From Paraspadella gotoi (lineage: Eukaryota; Animalia; Chaetognatha): a stretch of 49,083 nucleotides of DNA. Position numbers and translations under genes: made by a program. The stretch is taken from positions 25,512,350 to 25,561,432 of the forward strand of contig CM119265.1 in NCBI GenBank assembly GCA_051294375.1, written 5' to 3'. The notes below the pieces were generated by a model that saw nothing but the letters and a program-made list of their open reading frames with translations, had not been told where the DNA came from and made no database searches. Shown in pieces: positions 10,731 through 20,790 of the stretch (position 1 is the first letter of the stretch; the number at the start of each line of letters is the position of its first letter).

Positions 10731-13183
10731 ATGACGGCGAGGGACGACGACGACGACGACGACGAAACGAATGTCTCGGCGATGAATTTTCCAACAACGT
10801 CGCAGATGGTATTTTGCGGTGGATAGGCATTGCAGCAACTGAGAGATCATGCTATTTCTCTGTTTTTTTGAGCGACAGAAGGCGGTGACAGTAGGCATTG
10901 GGGTTGTTTTATATCAAATGTTCTTGCATTGATCAGTGAAACTCCTTTTCTATTTCTTCTCTCTATTCTTTTTCTCTTCTCTCTCTGTCTCTCTCTCTCC
11001 AGCCCCTCCCACGATCCTCTTTATCTCCTCGCCCTCTTCTCCTGCGCCATCCTCCACAGTCCTCTCATCGTCCTCTACATCCTCTCACCCTCTCTATTCA
11101 AAATTTCTCTCCTTCCCTCTCCAGCGCCCTCCCACGATCCTCTTATCTCCTCGCCTCTTCTCCTGCGCCATCCTCCAAGTCCTCTCCATCGTCCTCTACA
11201 TCTCTCACCCTCTCTATTCAATTTCTCATTCTCCTCTTCCCTCTCCAGCGCCCTCCCACGATCCTCTTTATCTCCCTGCCCTCTTCTCCTGCACCATCCT
11301 CCAAGTCTTCTCACCATCCGTCTACATCCTCTCACCCTCATCCACTAATTTTTTTCCCTCTCCAGTGCTCCCATGATCCTCTTTTAATCTCTCGCCTCTT
11401 TCCTGCGCCATCCTCCAAGTCCTCTCCATCGTCCCTCTACATCCTCTCACCCTCTCTATTCATTTCTCTCCCTTCCTCTCCAGCGCCTCCACGATCCTCT
11501 TTATCTCCTCGCCCTCTTCTCCTGCGCCATCCTCCAAGTTTCTCATCGTCCTCTACATCCTCGTGTCTACGGCGGCGACGCCTTCCGCATGGAATTCCTC
11601 GGCGCCGCCAAGGACGCCGTCATGAGGAATCCAAGCTGTGGATCAACCTCGGGGAGGGGAAGGAAGGGGAAACATTTGTTCATGGTGCAGATCTTAACTG
11701 GGTATTGGATCGGTACGGGATCTCTACGGTTTTTCGTAGAGGTCAGTTGCGGGAGAGTTATCCTCAAATGCATCAACCTTTCTAAATATATGAATTGGTA
11801 CAACACTAATAAAAATTTATTCCGTTCATTAATAACAAGCTTCTTGCCCTGACTTTGGACAGGTTTGTGGTTTAAGTTAAAGCCTCCATCACTCTACAAG
11901 AGTAATGGACTAGCAAGTCCCTGCAAGTCTTTCAATGAGACTTCTCTCACGTCTCGTTTATTCACTCCCGAGTACCTGGCCTCCCTATCAATGAAGTGGT
12001 ATAATGTTTCAAAGAATGTTTCAATTGATATGAAAAGACCACTCCCTTATATTTCATTGACTTAAACTTTGTCTTTTTTTAAATTTAAAATTCACCTCTT
12101 TTTCAGTATTGAAATCAGTAAAATTGAAAAAAATTATCGACATTACTCCTTTGCCCTTTTTTCGTTTAACTGTCATTCATTCTAAGCTAAAATCGATACA
12201 GTCTCACGAATTTCTCTTTATTTCTTTCATCTCGCGTTTTAAAACTTACCCTCCTTCCCCCCTTACCAAGTCGACGGCCATTACCTCTACCGCCGGTCCC
12301 GGCATCTCCCTACCTCTACTTACCTCTGCTGGATGGGATGCTGTGGCCACGTTCGACGTTCTCCCTTTTCTCGCTTATCGATTCACGGGTCTCGTGATTC
12401 TTCCTTTGTCGTCAGCACGGTCGTTCTCGCCACGACCGCCATCTTCCGGACGGCGATTCAATTCGTCCAAGTCAGGAATGGCTGAATTCAATTCGACTGT
12501 CGATTTTAAACTCACCCCAGCCTTGGCCATTTTCGGTGAGAGGAGGGGCGGTTTCGTAGATATTTTTTTTTAGTTTTAGATGTTGGCTTCGAATTTGATC
12601 ACTTTCACCGTGTCGTTGTATAATTCTTTTGGTATAATTTTATTATTTGTATTTGTATTTTATTTTATATAGTTCCTTAAAAAGCAAGTTAATCACAGCT
12701 AAATAACCCAAGTAACTTCTTTATGGCCATCCAAAATTTTTTAAAAATTACGCAGTTTTTAAGCTTTAAAAATTAGTTGTTCCTAATTTTCCCTTTTTTC
12801 TATAACTGACTTCATCTCAGTTAAATTTTCTTTCGTCTTCCCTTCTCTCTTTCCTCTTTTTCGCGTTCTACTTGTTTCTCGTTTCTCTCTCCTCTCTCTC
12901 TCTCTACTCTCTCTTCTTACTTTATTTTTCTATAAATTCCATCTATTTCCTCCCACCCCTCCCTCTATTTCTCCTCTACTCTCTCTCTTTCTTCTCCTTT
13001 CCCCTCTCCCTTCCCCCACTCTCCCCCACAGGTCCTCCTCCTTCGCTGCCTCAACTTCTTCCTCCTCGTCTCCGTCCTCTGTCGCATCTTCAGCGACGAC
13101 CTTCAACTCCTCTCCATCCCGACCGCCTCCACCGTCTTCATCGTCATCGTCTCGATCTTAGTCGTCGTCTCCTTCATAGTAAG

Positions 13184-13215
<32 letters not shown>

Positions 13216-13748
13216 ATATATCATCATCATCATCATTATAATATATCACATCATCATCATGATCATCAGTCATCATAATCATCTCATCATCATTCATCAT
13301 CATCATCATCTCATCGTCATCATCATTATACATTATCATCATCATCATCATCACATCAATCATCATCATCATCATAATCATCGTCATCATCATTATAATT
13401 GTATCATATCATCATCATCATCATCATCATCGTTCACATCANNNNNNNNNNNNNNNNNNNNNNNNNCCGCCTCCCATCCCCTTCTTTTCCCTCACCTTGC
13501 CAGCGGAGACCCTCCTTCTGGACGCCTACCTTCGCTCGGTCTCGGGTCATTACCTTTTCCTCACCCTGATGCTGACCTTCGTCTACCTCAACCCTCACAC
13601 TCCGTCCGACTCTTTCTTTCACAATTACAATTTGGTGACGATCGTTTTGACTGTGATTCTCTTCGTGGCGAAAATCGTCGTCGCCGTTCTGAGGAATAAA
13701 GCGGGAGAGAGGAAGAGACTGAGACTGTTAGAAAGGGAAGGAGGGTGA
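10731..13748 (+). CDS. Multi-exon multi-pass membrane protein, paralogue B (uncharacterised family; frameshifts probably sequencing indels)
   Basis: Exons have canonical boundaries: 11484-11741 (ctctccag|CGCC...CGTAGAG|gtcagt), 12271-12535 (ccaag|TCGACGGC...|gtgag), 13032-13178 (cccacag|GTCCTC...|gtaag) and 13504-13748 (ccttgccag|CGGAGACC...TGA). The first exon from ATG 10731 is tentative. Indel-corrected translation: PSHDPLYLLALFSCAILQVLSIVLYIL..YGGDAFRMEFLGAAKDAVMRNPS..LFMVQILTGYWIxYGISTVFRR|VDGHYLYRRPGIIPTSTYLCWMGCVATFDVLPFLAYRFTGLVILPFVVTTVVLATTAIFRTAIQFVQVKEWLRVNSTVDFKLTPALAIS|VLLLRCLNFFLLVSVLCRIFSDDLQLLSIPTASTVFIVIVSILVVVSFI|AETLLLDAYLRSVSGHYLFLTLMLTFVYLNPHTPSDSFFHNYNLVTIVLTVILFVAKIVVAVLRNKAGERKRLRLLEREGG*. 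It has about 7-8 hydrophobic segments, and splice phases are compatible in the consensus of the two copies. From memory, the motifs (H.P; W..Y..S...R; G.LY..P...P; E...LD.YLR; K......R) resemble the zebrafish si:ch211-161h7.5-like family; this is not verified by a search. Confidence 0.75.
11003..11562 (+). repeat. ~120-bp tandem repeat (4 full units + 1 partial) made of exon 5' end + pyrimidine tract + CAG acceptor
   Basis: Units start at 11003, 11125, 11249, 11366 and 11484, each preceded by (c)tctccag. The consensus is cgccctcccacgatcctctttatctcctcgccctcttctcctgcgccatcctccaagtcctctccatcgtcctctacatcctc-tcaccctctctattcaatttctctcccttccctctccag. Only the last unit continues into unique exon sequence. 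Confidence 0.9.
13184..13441. repeat. (CAT)n intronic microsatellite (counterparts 1248-1420 and 2939-3190)
   Basis: Imperfect catcatcat array following the gtaag donor. Confidence 0.95.
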
Positions 13749-15169
13749 CTTAAAGTATTGTAGCGATTATTATTGTACATACGTTATACTATATGAAATA
13801 AATATGTTTAGACCTTTTTATATTCGGTTATAAAAGAATAATTCTATTTCTAACTGGGTTTTCAATCGTCAAAACCTTTTGTTTATTTTCTTGACGAGTC
13901 GACGCGACCTCTATGAATAAAGTCTTGATGGAAAAATGACTTTTGTTTTTTTTTTCTATTGCTTGATCTGTATTACGTAGGCTATTAAAGCATAATATAA
14001 TTTTAAAATGTCTCCTCCAACAATCAATTTGTAATTTATATCTGAATTTTTAATTAATAATTACAGCGCAAATGAATTTAGGTTAGGATCGAAAGACCGA
14101 AATAATTCTTCGCAAAGTGCGTCGTTGATTTAATTGATAATTTTCAAACGACATCTTTTCCTTTTGAATTTCCTTGTTAGTTAATTATTTAAAACTCAAT
14201 ACTCATTTTCGAGAATAACTTAAACTCAAACACAAATACCGTTTTCAATACAAAATTATCTTAAAGTGTATCAGCAGTCTAGAGCACAAAGCAAAGTATA
14301 ACAAACCGGACTGATGGAACGATAGAAGAGTAGGAGAAGGAGGAGGAGGAGGAGGAGGAGGAGGAGGAAAGACGGAAAAATGGGAGGAGGATGAAGAGGA
14401 GGAGAAAATAGGATGAAGAGGAAGAGGAAGGTGGATGAAGAGGAGGCGTTAATAGTTTCTAATATGAGAAGGAAGAGGATGAGGATGTAAGGAAGAGAGA
14501 TTCTTCCTCTGAAATGCTCTCTCTATCGCTCTCTCGCTCTCGTTCTGTTTTTCTGTGCAGCTTCTCCCTCTCTCTCTTTCTCCCTCTCTCTCTCTCTCCT
14601 AGTTCTGTTTTGAGAGAACAAGGAAAAAAAAAAGCTCTGAAAACAACTGGGAAATAAAAACCGTATTTGCTTCATATTTTTTGCATACCATTGGATCAAC
14701 ATTGTCGCTTTTTACGACTTACATCAATTATATATATTTTTTTACTACAAAACGAAAGGGAGAAATCGCTTCGCTTTAGTTGTGCTTTTTTCGCTTTGGA
14801 TGTTTTGAAAAATCGCCGAAAATAGCTACAACAACAACAACAACTAAGACGCGAAATGTGGCTTCAAACTTCGAATTTTTTTCATCCGGAAATATATTTT
14901 ATTTTTTTCGCGGCAAAATAACAGAAATTCGCTTCCTGACTCGCTCTCTGTCTCGCTCTAGCTCGCACTCTGTCTCTCGCAAAAGTGGACTTGGATCCAC
15001 TCGTTAAAAGAAAAATAAGAAACACTGGATGTTGTTTCCTTACGAAAAATGAAAAGTTAGGAAAAAAAACACAAAAACAAGGAAATAAAAAATGTAATAA
15101 ATCTGTAAAAGAAAAAAGTATCAATTTTGGGATCGAAAAAAAGAAAAAAAAGTTTTTTTCAAAAAAAAA

Positions 15170-15563
15170 ATGGAAATTTGGTTTCGAGGATCCGAAACGG
15201 ATTTTCGTGATCGGAGAAGAAACGATCGGGGATCGAACGTGCGACCTTGTGATCGGGGATCAGAACGTTTCCCCGCGAATCGGGGATCGGGATCGAATTT
15301 TCTCGCTCGAGAAATCGAATCGACAAAACTTTGGGGGAAATGTCGTGACGAAAGACGAAAGAGAAGAAAAAATGTGTCGTCGTCGTCGTCGTCGTCATCA
15401 TCTCGTCATCTTCGGTCATCCCTCGCGGCGCCGGATTCTATACGACGGCGTCCTCGAGCCACGCCCATCCGGACGGCCTCGTCGTCCGTTTTCGACGCCT
15501 CGCCCTCTACCGGCTTCGTTTTAATCGTCTTCTCCACTTTGACCCTGCTTCAATTAGCCTCCG
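15170..15563 (+). CDS. Candidate first coding exon of an unidentified secreted or membrane protein
   Basis: ATG 15170 opens a GC-richer frame MEIWFRGSETDFRDRRRNDRG...SSSSSSSSSRHLRSS...DASPSTGFVLIVFSTLTLLQLAS. It ends in a hydrophobic stretch directly before a phase-1 donor TCCG|gtaaaa, followed by AT-rich intron-like sequence. No downstream exon was identified. Confidence 0.4.
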
Positions 15564-16664
15564 GTAAAAATTCTAGCGAGGAAATATAACAAGAGAATCC
15601 GATCAGTGATTAAGTATTAGAAGAATATTATAGAGGTTTTTTATAGTAGGAAATTTAAACAGAATTAAGTTAACCTAAGGTTCACGCTTAAATCCCAACT
15701 CAAACTCATTCATGGAAACAACTTGCGACAGATTTATTGATTTACCCAAAAAAGCAAATTAAATATAACTGAAAATACACAATTTATAAAAATATGTTAA
15801 ATAAAACAAATTTTAATCAACGGACGGCATTCGTGTTGCGTCGACGTCATCCTATATGATGACGATTGTCGTACTGCTCAATCGTCGTCCTTTCACTTTT
15901 ATCGTCAACATCATCCTTACTTCACCGATTCTCTGATTAGTAATAAGTGATTCCTTTGCGCAAAGTGGTTTTTTTTTTTTTGTTTATCTTGACAACCAAT
16001 ATTTTAACACGACCCTTTTCCAATCATTTCGGTTCGAAACTTTTTTTTTATTTCATTCCCAACTCGACCGTCAATGTCACTGTGCCCTGAAGTCTCTCCC
16101 TCCTGCACCACTGTGCTCCAATGTCTTTTTTTTAACCCCTTGACCACTGTACTTCTCCCCCCCCCTCTCCCCCCTCTCGTTCTCAAACCCTCGCGTGCCT
16201 CTCAGATCCTCGATCTTCCAAGAATCTCTTTTTCCCTCTTATCGATTCACCCGAAAATCTTTCACGCTGTGATTCGCATCTGACCCAAATTTCAACCCCT
16301 CGATTCGAACCTCCTGCTCGAAAAAAAAAAAAAAAAAACCCCACCGATTCTTACCCCTGATTTTTAAGTTTAAAAAAATCCCGGTATTTAAACCGCCCCT
16401 TTTTTAGGACAATGATTCCTTGAACTCAGAATAGGTGACCAATTCATTCTTTTAAAAATTGAGATTTTTTATGATCTATTAAATTATCCATTTAATCTAT
16501 GAACAGTATATTTTATCTGACTCTATCCCTCCAACAAAATACATGGTAAAAATTAACGAAACATCCCTATATTTCTAACAAGACTCACACAGTATAGGTT
16601 ATTAACCCTTAGATGAAAAAAAAATGTTTATTTTTTAATNNNNNNNNNNNNNNNNNNNNNNNNN

Positions 16665-17054
16665 AAAAGGAGAGAGAGAGGATAATTCCTCGGGCCACAA
16701 ATCCTGTGTCGTACAACAATGCGAAGAGTCATCGTTCCTTCAACGACGAACGACAGACGACGACACATAAACCTTGCAAGAACGACGGCAGGGCACGTGG
16801 GTCATTCCAAAGGCAGAGGAACGACGATTTGGACGAGAGAGAGAGAGAGAGAGAGGAGAGAGAAGAAGAGAGAGAGCGAGAGAGAGAGAGGAGAAGAAAG
16901 AGAGAGAGGAGAGAGAAGAAGAGACGAGAAGACTTTGAATATGCACATAAAAAGCGTGAAAAGTTCTTCTTGCTCCGTCACGAACGAAAGAAAATCGTCG
17001 CTTCCTTGCGCTTCGATGTATTTGCTTTAAATAAAATGCCTGTTAGTTGGACCA

Positions 17055-17085
<31 letters not shown>

Positions 17086-17096
17086 CAGAGAGAGTG

Positions 17097-17140
<44 letters not shown>

Positions 17141-18025
17141 TTCTTTCAGAGAGAAAAAAAGCAAAAAAACTTGTCGGTATGCAGAAGTTTTTTTTTCTGG
17201 AAAAAAAAACGAAAACAAAAACAATCTACGAATTGGAAAGAGAGGAAAAAAAATAGAGAGGTTTGATAGAAAGAAAGACGGAAAAGAGAGAGAAAATATA
17301 TATGAGGTTTGATAGAAAGAATAGACGGAAAGAAGAGAAAAAATAGAGAGTTGATATAAAAAATAGACGGAAAAGGAGGAAAAATAGAGAGGTTGTATAG
17401 AAAAGAATAGACGGAAAAGAGAGGAAAAAATAGAGGGTTTGATAGAAAAGATATAACGAAAACGAATTGAAAGAAAAAGAAAGGTCGAGAAAAGAAGAAA
17501 ATTTGATAAACAACCGATGAAATAGAAAATTTTAAAAAGCAGACCGAAAAGAAAAGTGCAAAGTAAGTTGTATTTGAAACAAAACATCTAAGAAAGTTGG
17601 AGGGGAAAAAAAGTGCAGAATACTTAGCAAAGTAATAAATAGCTAAGTCAATAGAAAAGGGTCGTATGTAAGAAAAAGCCGCCTAAAGAAGACAATAAAA
17701 AAAAGGTCCGGAGAGATGAAAAGAAAAGAAGGGAAAAAGAAAGGAAAAAAAAGGGTGAAGAAAAGAGAGAAAAGAAGGTTTAACTCCTAAGACGAAGGTC
17801 GAAGAAAGTCAGGCAGAAAGAAAGGGAAAAAGAAGAAGCGATGGGTTCGAATCGAGGGTCAGAATGGAAGTTTGTTATTAAAGTAAGATGTATTTTTTTA
17901 GGAATGTGAATTTTTAAATTTTTTTGAAAATGGGTAATTCTTTTATAGATTGAATAATAATCAAATGTCTATCCTACTGTTTTATCCTACCTACTGAAAG
18001 AGATTTATTATTAAAAAAAAAACAC
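16665..18025 (-). repeat. Inverted duplicate of ~6300-7650 (match clear from ~16900 to 18025)
   Basis: The reverse complement of ~17986-18024 (..tttttaataataaatctctttcagtaggtagg) matches ~6300-6337. The reverse complement of ~16925-16982 (gtgacggag..aacttttcacgctttttatgtgca) matches ~7565-7620. Confidence 0.9.
17246..17450 (+). repeat. ~44-bp purine-rich minisatellite x~5
   Basis: Units resemble aaaaatagagaggtttgatagaaagaatagacggaaaagagag. A degraded reverse-complement counterpart lies at ~6960-7240. Confidence 0.8.
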
Positions 18026-18282
18026 TAAAATTATTCTAAGTATAACATAGTAACGCATTGTAAAATATTATATTAGTTGTACCAATTTCATAATATTTTT
18101 CTCTACTGTCAACCGTATTCTATTGTAATTTATTGTTTTGTCCCACCAACTGTTCCAAATTTGTTGTTATAAAATTAAAATTATACAAAGTCACAATTTT
18201 TTCCTGCCAAAATCCATATTTGTTCATTTGTTGTTCGATACGACGATTTAACTTTTTAAGATCGAAATATCCCGCCTTTTTT

Positions 18283-18321
<39 letters not shown>

Positions 18322-19409
18322 GAAAAAAATGAATCGTATCTTGATTCCTGTTATTTATAAACGTCTCAAATAAACAAACATTGAGCCTCATTATTTATTA
18401 GCTGCCATCTGATCTGGTTGGGCTTTTGTTTTTGGAAACCACTTGACTACCAGACACCCTTTCTACCCTTCGTTCCCTGACCTCTTTGGGACTTTTGCCT
18501 CCCATGACCCTTAACCCCAAAGGGACATCATTCACCCTCTCTCACCACTTATTTCCCCCCCCTCAACCCATCACCCCCTCTTTCTCCCTCAACCAAAAGA
18601 TCATTCTCTTTGTTCACCGACTGCATCCTATTCTCTTGTTTATCCGATGCTGTTTATTATTTTTCCTTCACTGTTGTTATTGTTGTTCCCCCGTTTCGGC
18701 GGATGCGATGACGACGGAGTATCCGTTTCACCGGAATTAACGGACGTTCACGTGTTGCGGAAGGAGGGTTGGGTTCGTGAGGAATAGAGGTCGTTGGGTG
18801 AGTTTGAAGATGATGGTGAAATATGGTGTGAGGCTCCATTGAAATACGATCCTCGGTTCTGAAGCTTTTCACGATATGGAAGAGAGCTCTCACAAAATCA
18901 CTCGAATTAATGCGTTCAAAAAAGATGCCGCCGCCGCCGCCGCCGCCACCGCCGCCGCCGCCAGAAGATCACAACGACGCTGACAACCAGAAGAAAGTTC
19001 AAAGCCCGGGGGGACTGGGTGGGGTGAGGAACTGAGGAGTGAAGAATGATTGAAGAACGAGCGAAGTAAAACCCGCCATCCATTTTTGACGGCGTTTGAA
19101 ATAGAAGACGGATTCTTTCACGGACAGATGGACGAGCGAAAAGATTCACAGATTCACGGACTGAGTCTATGGGTTTTCACGGATGAATGGACTTTTTGTT
19201 TCGATTTGTTTTTTCTCGCCGAAAATTTTTTCCCATGAAAAGTCATCGTTGTGTTTGACAATACGAGACGTAACACAACTGGATGACTAGACATGACTGA
19301 ACTTGTTAAGACAAAAGAAAAACAAGATAAGACAAGACAACGCAAGGTGAGCCAGATAAACGGACAACCTGCGTCTTTACCAATTATCTAATTCAAACAA
19401 GTTCGATCG

Positions 19410-19561
19410 CTTTGACCGACAAACAGCGAAAGCTTTGGTCGACAAACATCGATGGCGTTGGTCGACAAAAAGCTATGGCTTTGGCCGACAAACATTAATN
19501 NNNNNNNNNNNNNNNNNNNNNNNNNNTTGGCCGACAAACAGCGATGACTTTGGCCGACAAG
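19410..19561 (+). repeat. ~23-bp minisatellite spanning a gap
   Basis: There are at least 6 ctttggccgacaaacagcgatgg-like units, on both sides of the N run at 19500-19526. Confidence 0.85.
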
Positions 19562-20615
19562 ATTGCGTCCATCGATGAAAAGGAAAAGAAATAAGATGAT
19601 CATCGAAAAATCGATCCAGAAGGTTTTTCGTGACGCCCCCCCCCACGAAAAAAAACCTTGTTCCTCTCCGACCACTTGACCCCAAAGTCGACCTCAGAGA
19701 TCCTTACCAGCCGGAGAATCCTTACCCTGTCGTCGTCGTCGTCGTCGTCGATGTCGTCGTCGTCCCTCCCACTTTTCCTCTTCTCCGCTAATTGGGTCTC
19801 AACGAAGCGAAACGCGAGAAAGTCTCTTTTTTTCTTTGCGTCTTTCCAGTTTCTCTCTTCGGTTGTCGTTGTTGTAGTTTATTGTTGTTGTTGTTGTCAA
19901 CAAAATAAGCATTGTATTGCGCAATACTAATTAGCGCTTTTCCTTCGTGATAATTATTGCTTTACTCAAAAAAATTTGATTGTGGATTAAAAAGATTTTT
20001 TAAGTAATTATANNNNNNNNNNNNNNNNNNNNNNNNNNNNNNNNNNNNNNNNNNNNNNNNNNNNNNNNNNNNNNNNNNNNNNNNNNNNNNNNNNNNNNNN
20101 NNNNNNNNNNNNNNNNNNNNNNNNNNNNNNNNNNNNNNNNNNNNNNNNNNNNNNNNNNNNNNNNNNNNNNNNNNNNNNNNNNNNNNNNNNNNNNNNNNNN
20201 NNNNNNNNNNNNNNNNNNNNNNNNNNNNNNNNNNNNNNNNNNNNNNNNNNNNNNNNNNNNNNNNNNNNNNNNNNNNNNNNNNNNNNNNNNNNNNNNNNNN
20301 NNNNNNNNNNNNNNNNNNNNNNNNNNNNNNNNNNNNNNNNNNNNNNNNNNNNNNNNNNNNNNNNNNNNNNNNNNNNNNNNNNNNNNNNNNNNNNNNNNNN
20401 NNNNNNNNNNNNNNNNNNNNNNNNNNNNNNNNNNNNNNNNNNNNNNNNNNNNNNNNNNNNNNNNNNNNNNNNNNNNNNNNNNNNNNNNNNNNNNNNNNNN
20501 NNNNNNNNNNNNNNNNNNNNNNNNNNNNNNNNNNNNNNNNNNNNNNNNNNNNNNNNNNNNNNNNNNNNNNNNNNNNNNNNNNNNNNNNNNNNNNNNNNNN
20601 NNNNNNNNNNNNNNN

Positions 20616-20790
20616 CCAAAACGATGGAGGCGGGATAGATTTGGTGGATGTGGGATGGGGTTAAGGTGGACTCCGGGTGGAATCCGCCCCCTCTACAGTC
20701 TGCCACGCCCACCGCCTCCGCTAATTAAGCCGGTCAATCCGCCCACCGCTTTGATTTTGCGCACCTCACGTCAGGAAACATTTGCATGAG
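20616..20790. promoter_or_regulatory. Promoter/enhancer-like motif cluster
   Basis: Within 175 bp it has GGCGGGA at 20629, CCGCCC at 20684 and 20739, KLF/Sp-like GCCACGCCC at 20702, CRE-like TCACGTCA at 20766 and an octamer ATTTGCAT at 20780. Confidence 0.35.

Larger units (their letters stand above)
12009..16639 (+). repeat. Direct duplicate of 1-~6320 (lacking the 1.5-kb insertion)
   Basis: It is colinear from tcaaagaatgtttcaattg (1 / 12009) to gat..aaaaaaaatgtttattttttaat (~6285-6313 / ~16612-16639). The differences are mostly single-base indels. Confidence 0.95.

Noticed and set aside
12872-13699. Longest ORF in the track (275 aa) with poly-Ile/poly-His
   Set aside because: It is read-through of a pyrimidine tract, a (CAT)n microsatellite and an N gap, and it crosses two real exons in the wrong frame.
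276-13748. Calling the membrane-protein copies pseudogenes
   Set aside because: The disruptions are scattered 1-bp indels that differ between the two B copies, while splice sites and protein similarity are retained. This fits read error better than decay.
16294-16314. B-box-like GGTTCGAATC (minus strand here; also plus strand at ~17845)
   Set aside because: There is no A box or cloverleaf around it, so it is not a tRNA.
16613-17587. ORFs rich in ER/RE or SL/LS repeats (many similar ones across 24-48 kb)
   Set aside because: They are translations of (GA)n/(CT)n microsatellites, which lack stop codons.
18690-19030. GC-richer stretch with (GCC)n encoding poly-Pro/Ala and a possible gtgag donor
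   Set aside because: There are stops in all frames nearby, no convincing acceptor and no recognisable protein. It could be an exon but cannot be supported.
19410-19561. Short direct repeats that superficially suggest CRISPR (also 34150-34350 and 34798-35074)
   Set aside because: The units are contiguous and degenerate with no unique spacers, there are no cas genes, and the context is eukaryotic.
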